NCBI GenBank assembly: GCA_965203465.1
Contig: CBDBCR010000001.1
Coordinates: forward strand, 352,001-416,000
Reading direction: 5' to 3'
Length of the DNA stretch: 64,000 nucleotides
Source of the DNA: Nitrosopumilaceae archaeon
Lineage (GTDB): Archaea > Thermoproteota > Nitrososphaeria > Nitrososphaerales > Nitrosopumilaceae
Part shown: positions 38,468-48,198 of the stretch, piece by piece
Position numbering within the stretch: the first letter of the stretch is position 1
Layout: each line of letters opens with the position of its first letter
Program-made: the position numbers and the translations under genes
The notes under the pieces: generated by a model
Told to the model about the DNA's origin: nothing
The model's database searches: none
What the model saw: the letters and a program-made list of their open reading frames with translations, nothing else

Positions 38468-39387
38468 CACGGCTCCATGTAGACGGGCACCCCGTCCCTC
38501 GCGGACGCCAGCGCGGCCTCGGCTACCCTCGACACGCCCACGGCCTGGCCCGGCTCCACTATTAACTTTGACCTGTCCCGGACGGCTTCTGCAAAGTTGA
38601 GCAGCTCCTCCCTGAGTGGCTCGCGCCTGGATACGGGGGGCGCCTCGGCGCCCTGTGCGCTGATCTCCTGCGTCAGAAAGTCCGCCGAGACGACCGCCTC
38701 GGTAAAGACCGCGTCGAACCGCCTGATGCGCGCCGGCGTTATCCAGTTTGCAGATATGGCCGCTGCCCGCCCGCCGCCGAACCCCAGCATCACGGAGGCA
38801 AAGTCGTCCCTGCCGCCGCCGGAGCTGCCGGCCCTCGCGAAGACCACCTCGGGAAAGCTGCCGAACAGCCAGATGGCCGTGTCGATGTCGTGGACCGCCG
38901 CCTCGTGTATTATGCCCACGTCGTCGGCGCGCGCCGGCCTGCGGTTCTGCCGGTGGAACTCGAGCACGAAGAGGCGGCCCAGCGAACCGTCCTCGGCCGC
39001 GCGCTTTACGGCCCGCACGGCGGGGTTGAACCTCTCTATGTAGCCTGCCGTCATGACGGTCTTTTTCCTGGCGGCCATGCCGGCCAGCCGCTCGGCCGCG
39101 CCCGGCTCGGGGCCGACCGGCTTTTCGACCAGCACGTGCTTGCCGGCCCCGATGAGCTCGCCGGCGACCCGCTCGTGCGAGGGCGTCGGCGTGCAGACCA
39201 CCGCGGCGTCGAACTCCGAGCCGAGCAGCTCTTTTACGGAGCCGAAAGCGGGCACCGAGTACGCGGCGGCGCACCCCGCGGCTCTGTCCCGGTCGGCGTC
39301 GCACACCGCGCACAGCTGGCCGGTCTCGTGGAGCACGCGCGCGTGGTTCTTGCCCCAGCCGCCGGCGCCGACCAGGGCCGTCCTCAA
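38467..39387 (-). CDS. Gfo/Idh/MocA family oxidoreductase
   Basis: GAGGWG, HVLVEKP, ERFNP, VHDID. Confidence 0.92.
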   Translation of the reverse strand: MRTALVGAGGWGKNHARVLHETGQLCAVCDADRDRAAGCAAAYSVPAFGSVKELLGSEFDAAVVCTPTPSHERVAGELIGAGKHVLVEKPVGPEPGAAERLAGMAARKKTVMTAGYIERFNPAVRAVKRAAEDGSLGRLFVLEFHRQNRRPARADDVGIIHEAAVHDIDTAIWLFGSFPEVVFARAGSSGGGRDDFASVMLGFGGGRAAAISANWITPARIRRFDAVFTEAVVSADFLTQEISAQGAEAPPVSRREPLREELLNFAEAVRDRSKLIVEPGQAVGVSRVAEAALASARDGVPVYMEP

Positions 39388-40271
39388 GCCCGGTACACCG
39401 CCGTGAGCCACTCGGGGTGGCCGCCGCGGCCGGCGACCAGCTCCGAGTACATGCCGGCTATCCTTTCGCACAGCGGCCCGCCGCCGAGCCTGACGCCGTC
39501 CACGGACAGGACGGGCACGATGCCGGTGGCGGTCCCGGTCAAAAACACCTCGTCCGCGGAGTACAGGGCGCTGCGCGGGATCTGCGAGACCGACGCGGGT
39601 ATGCCCGCCTCGGCGGCGAGCTGCAGCACGGTGTCGCGCGTGATGCCTTCGAGGGCCGGCGAGGCCGGCGGCGTGAAGAGCCTGCCGCCCCTGGCCACGA
39701 AGACGTTCTCGCCGGAGGCCTCGCTGACGTTGCCGGACATGTCCAGCAGTATGGCCTCGTCGCAGCCCGCGCGCCGGGCCTCGGCTGCGGCCATCGCCGA
39801 GTTGAGGTAGTTGCCGCCCATCTTTGCCTGCGTCGGCGTCGACCTGTCGGAGAACTTTGCCCACGACGAGACGCACGCCGCTATGCCGCCGCGCGGGTAT
39901 ATCTCGCCCATCTCGAAGGCCATCACCGCGGTGACCACCTTGGCCCCCGACACGTCCAGCTTTATGCCGTGCTCGCCGGCAAAGCAGAACGGCCTGACGT
40001 ACGAGTCGCCGCGCAGCCCGTTGGCGCGGCACACCTCGAGCGCGGCCTCTGCCAGCTGCGAGTCGTCGTAGCCGTATTCGAGCCCGTAGGTGCGCGCCGA
40101 CCTGCGCAGGCGCGCGAGGTGGTCTGCCAGCCTGAACACGAGCAGGTCGCCGCCGGCCGCGTACGCGCGCACGCCCTCGAAGGCCGACGTCCCGTAGTGT
40201 ATGGCGTGCGTCGTTATCGGCACGCGCGCCTCGGAGTCGGGCATCGTCCTGCCGTCCATCCAGACGATCAC
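39384..40271 (-). CDS. ilvE: Branched-chain amino acid aminotransferase
   Basis: HYGTSAFEG, AKMGGNY, EASGEN, LEGITR. Confidence 0.93.
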   Translation of the reverse strand: MIVWMDGRTMPDSEARVPITTHAIHYGTSAFEGVRAYAAGGDLLVFRLADHLARLRRSARTYGLEYGYDDSQLAEAALEVCRANGLRGDSYVRPFCFAGEHGIKLDVSGAKVVTAVMAFEMGEIYPRGGIAACVSSWAKFSDRSTPTQAKMGGNYLNSAMAAAEARRAGCDEAILLDMSGNVSEASGENVFVARGGRLFTPPASPALEGITRDTVLQLAAEAGIPASVSQIPRSALYSADEVFLTGTATGIVPVLSVDGVRLGGGPLCERIAGMYSELVAGRGGHPEWLTAVYRA

Positions 40272-40302
40272 GCGCGCGCTTTCCGCGCGGCGTAAATTAA
40301 CC

Positions 40303-40899
40303 TTAGTACCCCTCGCGCGGGAACTTCATGCCGAGCACCCGCACGGACGAGTCGGGCGCGCCGGCGAAGCGCTCGACCGTCGCCCACTCGCGCTCTACTA
40401 CGCGGGCCGCGCCGCCGGGCACCAGCGACTTCCAGTCCGATTCCAGCCCCCGGGCGGCCCGGTACATCTGCTCCCTCGCCGAGGTGGCCGAGATCTCCTT
40501 CCTCGCGCCGATGCGCGGCCTCAGGCCGTACGCCTTGAGCGCCAGCCACTCGGCCCTGTCGCCGGTGTACGTGTAGTAGTCTTTCCCGACGCCGCGCAGT
40601 ATGTTTTTTTTCAGCGCCCACGAGCGCGCCGAGATCAGCGGCGGCAGGTACCCGCGGAACGGCGCGTGGAACGCGTAGTCGCCGGTCACCTCGACGCCGT
40701 CGAACTCGGATTCCACCATCTCCCTGCGCTGCCCGAGCGTGAACGGAAAGCTGCGGCTGTTGACCTCCCTGCCGCCGTCGTAAAAGACGACCGGCATCAC
40801 CTTGACCCTGCCCGATTCGCGCAGCTCGCGTATTATCTGCGCGTGGGCCAGCGTGAGCGGGTTCAGGTGGGCGAGGTACAGGGCGGCGGGCAACGTCAA
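40303..40899 (-). CDS. Cytidylyltransferase-like nucleotidyltransferase
   Basis: HLNPLTLAH (HxGH-like) and ISATSAR. Confidence 0.78.
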   Translation of the reverse strand: MTLPAALYLAHLNPLTLAHAQIIRELRESGRVKVMPVVFYDGGREVNSRSFPFTLGQRREMVESEFDGVEVTGDYAFHAPFRGYLPPLISARSWALKKNILRGVGKDYYTYTGDRAEWLALKAYGLRPRIGARKEISATSAREQMYRAARGLESDWKSLVPGGAARVVEREWATVERFAGAPDSSVRVLGMKFPREGY

Positions 40900-41738
40900 C
40901 CGTACGATTCGAACTTTACCTCGAAACTGCCGTCCGCGCGCTTTTCCTTCTCCGGGACGAAGCCCTTGGGCTTGAGGGCCTCCATCACGCCGTCGATCGT
41001 CCCCTGCCAGCCGCACACGTAGAACACGGTGTTGTCCTTTGTGATCTCCTCGCCGACCAGCTCTTCGAGCGCCGACCTGCCCCCCTCCTTGGGCTTCAGG
41101 AACGACTCCACGCGGCCGACCTGGCCCGACCAGCCCCTGTTGAACCACTCTTTGGGCCTGCTTATGGCTGCCCTGTACCTGAAATTCCACTCTTCCCTGC
41201 CCCTGTTCTGGCTCTCGACCTCCAGATCAGAGAGCAGCCCCTTGTAGGAGAGCTCGTCTACGTAGCTTGCCCCGTGCAGCACCACTATCTCCCTCTTGTC
41301 CTTCGCCGCGTGCAGGTGCTGGGCGAAACTGGCGAACGGGGCGAGGCCCGTCCCGCCGCCGACGCACACTATCCGGCGAGCGTCCGGCGAGCCGTCGGGC
41401 ATCGTCTCGCTTATGTCCAGCGCGCTGCCGGCCGGCGCTATCCATCTTATCTTGTCTCCCTCTTTTGCGCTGAACAGCTGCGTGGTGAACCTGCCGGGCA
41501 GGGGCTTGCGCACCCAGCGCACTAGCAGCTCTATGTACTTGCGGTTCTCCGGGTGCGAGGCTATCGAGTAGGCGCGCCTGACGGTCTTGCCGTCCTCGGG
41601 GTTGGGCAGCCCCACCGTGATGAACTGGCCCGCGCGGAACTGCGGAACCTCCTCGCCGTCGGGCACGATCCTGAATATCCCGAGATCCTCCTTTAGGGTC
41701 TGTATGTATGTGATCGTGGCCTCCTTGTCCTCAACCAA
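40896..41738 (-). CDS. Ferredoxin-NADP+ reductase
   Basis: RAYSIAS, GGTGLAPF, YVCG, terminal ESYG. Confidence 0.92.
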   Translation of the reverse strand: MVEDKEATITYIQTLKEDLGIFRIVPDGEEVPQFRAGQFITVGLPNPEDGKTVRRAYSIASHPENRKYIELLVRWVRKPLPGRFTTQLFSAKEGDKIRWIAPAGSALDISETMPDGSPDARRIVCVGGGTGLAPFASFAQHLHAAKDKREIVVLHGASYVDELSYKGLLSDLEVESQNRGREEWNFRYRAAISRPKEWFNRGWSGQVGRVESFLKPKEGGRSALEELVGEEITKDNTVFYVCGWQGTIDGVMEALKPKGFVPEKEKRADGSFEVKFESYG

Positions 41739-41823
41739 CCACGCCGCCCCGCCGGCAGGCGTTAAATATCTTGTGAGGTCCGCGCCGTTTTTTGCGATCT
41801 TGGAACGGCAGAGGCCGCGCCGC

Positions 41824-42318
41824 TCACCACCTGTGTATCTGGGATTTTCCGGCGCCGGACTTTTCGTCCTGATCCGGGCTGCCGTACCTGCTCGACGGCC
41901 TTATCTCTATCTGGTTGGTGGACGAGACGTTGTATATGGGATCCCCGTTCCCGTTGAACAGGCGGCTCCTGTCTATGTTCGTCACGTTGGTGTAGATCTT
42001 GATCTTGGTCCCGTCGTCGAGAATATACTCGTTGAAGTCCTGGGATATGGTGTCGTACCTCATGTCCTTTTTTCCCACGGCCCTCTTGATCTCTTCTGCG
42101 CTGTGATCCTTGGTGTCGGGCTCGCCCTTGAGGGAGGGGTCGGCGTTGATGACTATGAGCGACTGGTCCTTTGTCTTGAAATACGGCTTGTTGTCCTTCA
42201 TCCTGCGCTCCACCCTGGTCAGTATGGTGCGCACCTTTAGGACGGAATTGTCTATGATCTGGTACTTGTTCCACGGCTCCTTTATTATCTCGAAATCCAG
42301 AGAGCGCACCTCGGACAT
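41824..42318 (-). CDS. Hypothetical protein with an internal domain duplication
   Basis: EPWNKYQIIDNSVLKV and QDFNEYILDDGTKIKI repeats; AT-richer than its flanks. Confidence 0.8.
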   Translation of the reverse strand: MSEVRSLDFEIIKEPWNKYQIIDNSVLKVRTILTRVERRMKDNKPYFKTKDQSLIVINADPSLKGEPDTKDHSAEEIKRAVGKKDMRYDTISQDFNEYILDDGTKIKIYTNVTNIDRSRLFNGNGDPIYNVSSTNQIEIRPSSRYGSPDQDEKSGAGKSQIHRW

Positions 42319-42490
42319 TTTCAGATCCGCCCCCGCGGCGCCGGCCGCGTACCTGCGGGGGCTGCGTGTTGGCGCACGGCCGCGGCCCGCCGCGAGGCGT
42401 TAATAATATTTCGAATGCGCCCGGCCGCCGCTCCGGGTCGGCGCGCGCGCCCCGCCCACAAATAAATACGGCCCGCCGGGGCCGCGCCGC

Positions 42491-43537
42491 GTGAAGGTGG
42501 GGATAGTGGGCGCGTCCGGCTACGTGGGCGGCGAGACGCTGCGCCTGCTCGTCAACCACCCCCGGGCCGAGCTTGCCGCGGTCACCTCGCGGCAGCACGC
42601 CGGACAGTACCTGCACCGCGTCCAGCCGAGCTTGCGCGGGTTCACGGATCTAAAGTTCACCGAGCTGGACTACGACCGGCTCTCGGATTCGTGCGATCTG
42701 GTCTTTACCGCCGTGCCTCACGGCACCGCCTCAGGGATAGTCAAAGAGCTGTACGAGCGCGGCCTCAAGGTGGTGGACCTGAGCGCCGACTTTAGGCTGC
42801 ACGAGCCGTCCGACTACGACAAGTGGTACGGGTGGACCCACCCCTGCCCCGAATACCTGGAAAAGTCCGTATTCGGGGTGCCCGAGCTGCACCGCGACCG
42901 GATACGCGGCGCGCAGCTGGTCTCGTGCCCCGGCTGCATGGCCGTCACCTCGGTGCTGGCGCTGGCCCCGCTGGTGCGCGAGAACCTGGTGGACACCGAC
43001 CACATCGTGGTCGATTCCAAGATAGGCTCGTCGGGCGCCGGCTCGGGATCGGGCACCTCGCACGCCATGCGGGCCGGCGTGATACGGCCCTACAAGCCGG
43101 CGCGCCACCGCCACACCGGCGAGATAGAGCAGGAGCTGAGCGAGGCGGCCGGCAGAAAGATACGCGTCTCGATGAGCCCGCACGCGGTCGACGTGGTGCG
43201 CGGCATACTGTGCACCAACCACGTCTTCCTGTCCCGCGACATCGACGAGCGGGGCCTCTGGCGCGTGTATCGCGCCGCCTACGGCGAGGAGCGCTTCGTG
43301 AGGCTCATACGCGACAAGAGCGGCCTGTACAAGTTCCCGGATCCAAAGTTCCTCGTGGGATCAAACTTTTGCGACGTCGGCTTCGACGTGGACGAGGACA
43401 ACCGGAGGATAGTGGCGCTCTCGGCCTCGGACAACCTGATGAAGGGCGCGGCCGGCTCGGCGGTGCAGAACATGAACGTCATGGCGGGCTTCGGGGAGGA
43501 AGAGGGGCTGATGCAGACGCCCCTCACGCCGGTATGA
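42491..43537 (+). CDS. lysY: [LysW]-aminoadipate/glutamate phosphate reductase (ArgC family)
   Basis: GASGYVG, CPGC, DNLMKGAAG. Confidence 0.93.
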   Translation: MKVGIVGASGYVGGETLRLLVNHPRAELAAVTSRQHAGQYLHRVQPSLRGFTDLKFTELDYDRLSDSCDLVFTAVPHGTASGIVKELYERGLKVVDLSADFRLHEPSDYDKWYGWTHPCPEYLEKSVFGVPELHRDRIRGAQLVSCPGCMAVTSVLALAPLVRENLVDTDHIVVDSKIGSSGAGSGSGTSHAMRAGVIRPYKPARHRHTGEIEQELSEAAGRKIRVSMSPHAVDVVRGILCTNHVFLSRDIDERGLWRVYRAAYGEERFVRLIRDKSGLYKFPDPKFLVGSNFCDVGFDVDEDNRRIVALSASDNLMKGAAGSAVQNMNVMAGFGEEEGLMQTPLTPV

Positions 43538-44328
43538 TCGTGGTAAAGATCGGCGGCAGCGTCGTCGACGAGCTGCACCCGTCGGCCGTGGCCGAGATGG
43601 GAAGGGCCGCCGGCGGGCTGGTCCTGGTGCACGGGGGCGGCAAGGAGGTCACGCGCGTGTGCGAATCGCTGGGCAAGGAGGCGCGCTTCGTGACCTCGCC
43701 GGGCGGCATACGCAGCCGGTACACCGACGAGGAGACCGCCGAGATATTCACGATGGTGATGGCCGGCAGGATAGGCAAGGGAATAGTGCGGATGCTGCAA
43801 AAGGCCGGCGTGCGCGCCGTCGGTCTGTCCGGTATCGACGGCGGCCTGATGCGCGCCGAGCGCAAAAAAAGGCTGGTCATAGTCAACGAGCGCGGGCGCC
43901 GGCAGGCCATAGATGGCGGCTACACGGGCCGCATAACGTCGGTGGACGCGTCTTTGTTGCGCTCGCTGGCCGGCTCCGGGATAGTGCCGGTGGTCTCGCC
44001 GGTGGCCCTCGGGGAGGGCCACGAGCTGCTCAACGTGGACGGGGACAGGGCCGCGGCCCACGTGGCCGGCAGCGTGGGCGCCGACCACGCCCTGTTCGTG
44101 ACCGACGTGGACGGCATAATGATGGACGGCAGGCTGGTCGGGCGCCTGACGCGCGGCGAGGCCGAAGAGCTGCGCCCCAAGATGGGCCCGGGCATGGAAA
44201 AGAAGGTGCTAGCCGCCACCGAGGCCCTCAAGATGGGCGTCGGCTCTGCCCTCATAGCCAGCGGCAAGAGGGAAAATCCTATATCAAGGGCAGTCTCGCG
44301 CGAGGGCTGCACGGTAATCGAGGGATGA
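43534..44328 (+). CDS. lysZ: [LysW]-aminoadipate/glutamate kinase (ArgB family)
   Basis: VVKIGGS, VHGGG, SRYTD, NVDGDRAAA. Confidence 0.93.
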   Translation: MIVVKIGGSVVDELHPSAVAEMGRAAGGLVLVHGGGKEVTRVCESLGKEARFVTSPGGIRSRYTDEETAEIFTMVMAGRIGKGIVRMLQKAGVRAVGLSGIDGGLMRAERKKRLVIVNERGRRQAIDGGYTGRITSVDASLLRSLAGSGIVPVVSPVALGEGHELLNVDGDRAAAHVAGSVGADHALFVTDVDGIMMDGRLVGRLTRGEAEELRPKMGPGMEKKVLAATEALKMGVGSALIASGKRENPISRAVSREGCTVIEG

Positions 44329-45482
44329 CGGAAGATCAGATGGGGAACCTCTACCAGCGGTTCCCCGTAACGGTGGAAAGCGGGCTCGGGGCGCGCGTCC
44401 GGGACGCCTCGGGCCGCGAGTACATCGACTGCATGGGCGGCTACGGCGTGGCCGTGGTGGGCCACCGCAACCCGCGCGTAACCCGGGCCATACACGAGCA
44501 GGCAGACAAGATAACGGCCGTACACGCCTCGACGTACAGCGCGACGCGCGAGAGGTTCCTCGGCGAGCTTGCGAGGGCTGCCCCGCGCGGCCTGACCGGC
44601 GTGCACCTAAACAACAGCGGCGCCGAATCGGTCGAGGCGGCCGCAAAGTTTGCGCGCCGCTTCACCTCCAAGCCGGCCGCCGTGGCCATGCGCGGCTCAT
44701 ACCACGGCAAGTCGATGGGGGCCCTCTCGCTCACGTTCAACCCCAAGTACCGCCGGCCGTTCGAGCCGCTGCCCGGGCCCGTCTCGTTCTCGCCGTTCGG
44801 CGACGCGGCCGCGCTCGAAGAGGCGGTCACCGGGCAGACCGGCATGGTGATAATGGAGCCGGTCCAGGGCGAGAGCGGCATACACGTGCCGCCCGACGGG
44901 TTTTTGCGCGAGGCGCGGCGCATATGCGACGAGCGCGGCGCGCTGCTAGTCTTCGACGAGATACAGGCGGGCCTGGGCAGGACCGGCCGCATGTGGGCAT
45001 CCGACCACGAAGGCGTGGAGCCGGACATCATGTGCGTGGCGAAGGGGATAGCCGGCGGCGTGCCGATGGGGGCCACCCTGGTGAGGCGCGACGTGCTCGA
45101 ATCGATGGGCAAGGGCGAGCACTCGTCGACGTTCGGCGGCAACCCGCTCGCGTGCGCGGCCGGCGCGGCCGCGCTGGAGTCCATCCGGGAGGACCGGCTG
45201 CCGGACAACGCGGCCCGCACGGGGCGCCTGATGCTCGACGGCCTGCAGGAGATGGCCGGGCGCGTGCCCGCGGTGCGCGAGGTGCGCGGCCGCGGGCTGA
45301 TGATCGGCGTGGAGCTAAAGTCGGATGTGCGGCCCGTGCTGGAAAAATGCATGGAGGCGGGCCTGCTGGTGCTGTACTCGGGGCGCAGCGTGGTCCGGCT
45401 GCTGCCGCCGCTCGTGCTGACAGAGGAGGACGCGCAAAGGGCGCTGCAGATACTGGAGGAGGCGATAAAGGGTGCATCTTGA
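44325..45482 (+). CDS. lysJ: [LysW]-semialdehyde aminotransferase (ArgD family)
   Basis: DCMGGYG, FDEIQAG, AKGIAGG, STFGGNP. Confidence 0.92.
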   Translation: MTEDQMGNLYQRFPVTVESGLGARVRDASGREYIDCMGGYGVAVVGHRNPRVTRAIHEQADKITAVHASTYSATRERFLGELARAAPRGLTGVHLNNSGAESVEAAAKFARRFTSKPAAVAMRGSYHGKSMGALSLTFNPKYRRPFEPLPGPVSFSPFGDAAALEEAVTGQTGMVIMEPVQGESGIHVPPDGFLREARRICDERGALLVFDEIQAGLGRTGRMWASDHEGVEPDIMCVAKGIAGGVPMGATLVRRDVLESMGKGEHSSTFGGNPLACAAGAAALESIREDRLPDNAARTGRLMLDGLQEMAGRVPAVREVRGRGLMIGVELKSDVRPVLEKCMEAGLLVLYSGRSVVRLLPPLVLTEEDAQRALQILEEAIKGAS

Positions 45483-45969
45483 CGAGGCCAACGAGACAGT
45501 GCTGAGGATGCTACAGGAGAACTCGCGCGTCTCGTTCGTGGAGCTGGGCGCGGCCCTGGGCATATCCGAGTCGGCCGTGCGCCGCCGCGTAAAGTCGCTG
45601 GTAGACGGCGGCGTGATACGCCGCTTCACGGTGGAGCTGGGCGACCGCGGCACGGCCAGCGCCGTGGTATTGGCGTCGGTGGATTCGGGCTCGGAGACCT
45701 CCGAGGTGGCCTCGCGGCTGCTCGAGCTGCCCGGCGCCGAGACCATCTACGAGATCACCGGCCAGTACGACATCATGGCCGTAATCACGGCCCCCAGCAT
45801 AGGCGAGATAAACTCGTCCATAGACGGGTTGCGCAAGGTGCCCGGGGTGACCAACACCAACACCGTGATAATACTGCGCAGGGTGCGCCGCGACGCGCCA
45901 AAGCCGGATCTTGCGGAAAGCTCCTCCAAGCGCCGCAAAAAGCCGGAATCCGGCGCGCGGGGGGCCTAG
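45472..45969 (+). CDS. lysM: Lrp/AsnC regulator of the lysine cluster
   Basis: HTH plus RAM domain inside the lys cluster. Confidence 0.85.
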   Translation: MHLDEANETVLRMLQENSRVSFVELGAALGISESAVRRRVKSLVDGGVIRRFTVELGDRGTASAVVLASVDSGSETSEVASRLLELPGAETIYEITGQYDIMAVITAPSIGEINSSIDGLRKVPGVTNTNTVIILRRVRRDAPKPDLAESSSKRRKKPESGARGA

Positions 45970-46022
45970 GGCCGCCGGATCCGCACCCGAGTGTTTTTAA
46001 TACGCCCGCGCCGGGATCCCGC

Positions 46023-47225
46023 GTGGACTACAACCGGCACGCGCGCGCGTACAACCGGCAGGGCCGCAGGCGCGCGCGCATACGGGTGCTCGACAGCACC
46101 CTGCGCGAGGGCGAGCAGCACCCCGGCGTCTCGTTCACCAACAAGCAGCGCATACAGATAGCCTGGATGCTAGACTACTTTGGGGTGGACCAGATAGAGA
46201 TCTCGCCGGTCATATCCGACGACCACCGCCGGGCCGTCTCGGACATACTAAAGCAGGGGCTGCGCGCCGACATCGTCGCGCACGGCCGCGCGCTGCGCGA
46301 GGACATCGACGTGTCCGCGTCGTGCGGGGCGCGGTGGGTCGCCGCGTACCTGGGCATATCGGACGTGCACCTGCAGGACAAGCTGCGCATATCGCGCGAG
46401 GAGGCGCTCGAGCGCGCGCGCGACACTGTAGAGTACGCAAAGTCGCGCGGCCTCAAGATAAGGTTCACCGTCGAGGACGGCAGCCGCGCGGATCCGAAGT
46501 TTTTGCTACAGGTGTGCAGGGCCATATCGGACGCCGGCGTGGACCGCATCAGCCTGCCCGACACGGTCGGCATCATGCGCCCGCTGGGCATGCGCAACTT
46601 TGTCTCGCGGGTACGCAGGGCCGTCTCGGTGCCGCTCGACGTGCACGTGCACAACGACATGGGCCTCGCGCTGGCAAACGCGCTGGCAGCGTGCGACGCC
46701 GGCGCCGACCAGATACACGCCACGATAGACGGCATCGGCGAGAGGACAGGGATACCGTCCCTGGCCGAGGTGGCCGTGGTCCTTACGCACCTGTACGATT
46801 CGGACAACGACTTTAGGCTCGACATGCTCGGGGACCTTTCGCGCCTGATAGAGACGTACGCGGGCCTGCGCCCGTACGATTCGAAGCCGGTAGTCGGCTC
46901 GTCCGCCTACAAGCACAAGGCAGGCACGCACTTGGCCGCGGTGCTGCGCAACCCGGCCGCCTACGAGCCCATCCCGCCGCGCTCGGTGGGGAACCGGCGC
47001 CGCATAGTCTTTGGCGAGCTTGCCGGCAGGACAGGCGCGGCCCACCTGCTCTCGCTGCTCGGCTTGGAGGGGAGCGAGGAGCAGGCGCGCACCGTCGCTG
47101 CCGGCCTCAAGGGCCTGCGTATGGGCGACCTGGTCGAGATACCGCTGGACGACGGGCCGGCGGCACTAGAAAAGAAAATAAGCCGCCGCGGCGGGGCCGG
47201 GGGGAGACTCGATGGCAAAGTGTAG
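46023..47225 (+). CDS. Homocitrate synthase (LeuA family)
   Basis: DSTLREGEQ, HVHND, GIGERTG; lys cluster context. Confidence 0.88.
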   Translation: MDYNRHARAYNRQGRRRARIRVLDSTLREGEQHPGVSFTNKQRIQIAWMLDYFGVDQIEISPVISDDHRRAVSDILKQGLRADIVAHGRALREDIDVSASCGARWVAAYLGISDVHLQDKLRISREEALERARDTVEYAKSRGLKIRFTVEDGSRADPKFLLQVCRAISDAGVDRISLPDTVGIMRPLGMRNFVSRVRRAVSVPLDVHVHNDMGLALANALAACDAGADQIHATIDGIGERTGIPSLAEVAVVLTHLYDSDNDFRLDMLGDLSRLIETYAGLRPYDSKPVVGSSAYKHKAGTHLAAVLRNPAAYEPIPPRSVGNRRRIVFGELAGRTGAAHLLSLLGLEGSEEQARTVAAGLKGLRMGDLVEIPLDDGPAALEKKISRRGGAGGRLDGKV

Positions 47226-47367
47226 CGAGTGCGACGGGCAGGTAGAGGTGCCCGGCGACGCGGTGGACGGAGAGATAGTCACCTGCCCAGAGTGCGGCGC
47301 GAGCTTTGAGGTGGCAGGCTCCAGCCTCAAGCCGGCCCAGACGGTCGGCGAGGACTGGGGGCAGTGA
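47212..47367 (+). CDS. lysW: Amino-group carrier protein LysW (51 aa, not in the ORF track)
   Basis: Hand translation MAKCSECDG...CPECGA...VGEDWGQ; overlaps the lysX start. Confidence 0.92.
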   Translation: MAKCSECDGQVEVPGDAVDGEIVTCPECGASFEVAGSSLKPAQTVGEDWGQ

Positions 47368-48197
47368 CCGTCACAGTACTGTACGACTCGATAAGGTGGG
47401 AGGAAAAGGCCCTCTTGGAGGCGGGCCGCAAAAAGGGCGTCGAAGTGCGGATGGTCGACTGCCGCGCCATGTCGCTGGACCTGGACGGCCCGGCTCCGCT
47501 CGAAGGCGCGGTATTGCAGAGGTGCGTAAGTTATTACCGCAGCGTGCACTCGACGGCGGCCCTCGAGGGCATGGGCGCGCGCGTGATCAACCGCCTTGAA
47601 TCGGCGCTGCTGGCCGGCAACAAGCTGTTCACGCACATGCTGTTGCGCTCGGCAGGCGTCCGGGCCCCGCGCGCGTCGGTCTCGTTTTCGCGCGAGGCCG
47701 CCGTGGAGTCGTTCGGCCGGCTGGGCTACCCGCGCGTGCTAAAGCCGACCGTCGGCAGCTGGGGCCGGATGGTCTCGCAGCTTGGCGGGCGCGAGGCCGC
47801 CGACTGCCTGCTGGCCGAGCGCGAGACGATGCACCCCATACACCACGTGCACTACACCGAAGAGCTCGTAAAGCGCCCGCCGCGCGACATACGCGCCATC
47901 GTGGTCGGCGACGAGGTGGTCGCGGCCATATACCGCAACTCGGACCACTGGAAGACCAACATGGCGCTGGAGGGCAGGGCCGAGCCGTGCCCGGTGGACG
48001 GGCAGATGGAAGACATTTGCATAAAGGCGCGCGACGCGGTAAAGGGGCAGATAGTGGGGGTGGATCTGATGGAGGACAGCGAGCGCGGCCTGGTGGTCCA
48101 CGAGGTCAACAACACCACAGAGTACAAGAACACGGTCCGGGTCTGCGGGGTGGACGTGCCCTCCAAGATGCTAGAGTACGCCTCGTCGGTGGCCTGA
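47364..48197 (+). CDS. lysX: Alpha-aminoadipate-LysW ligase (RimK ATP-grasp)
   Basis: IRWEEK, QRCVSYY, KPTVGSWGR, HEVNNT. Confidence 0.94.
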   Translation: MTVTVLYDSIRWEEKALLEAGRKKGVEVRMVDCRAMSLDLDGPAPLEGAVLQRCVSYYRSVHSTAALEGMGARVINRLESALLAGNKLFTHMLLRSAGVRAPRASVSFSREAAVESFGRLGYPRVLKPTVGSWGRMVSQLGGREAADCLLAERETMHPIHHVHYTEELVKRPPRDIRAIVVGDEVVAAIYRNSDHWKTNMALEGRAEPCPVDGQMEDICIKARDAVKGQIVGVDLMEDSERGLVVHEVNNTTEYKNTVRVCGVDVPSKMLEYASSVA

Positions 48198-48198
48198 G

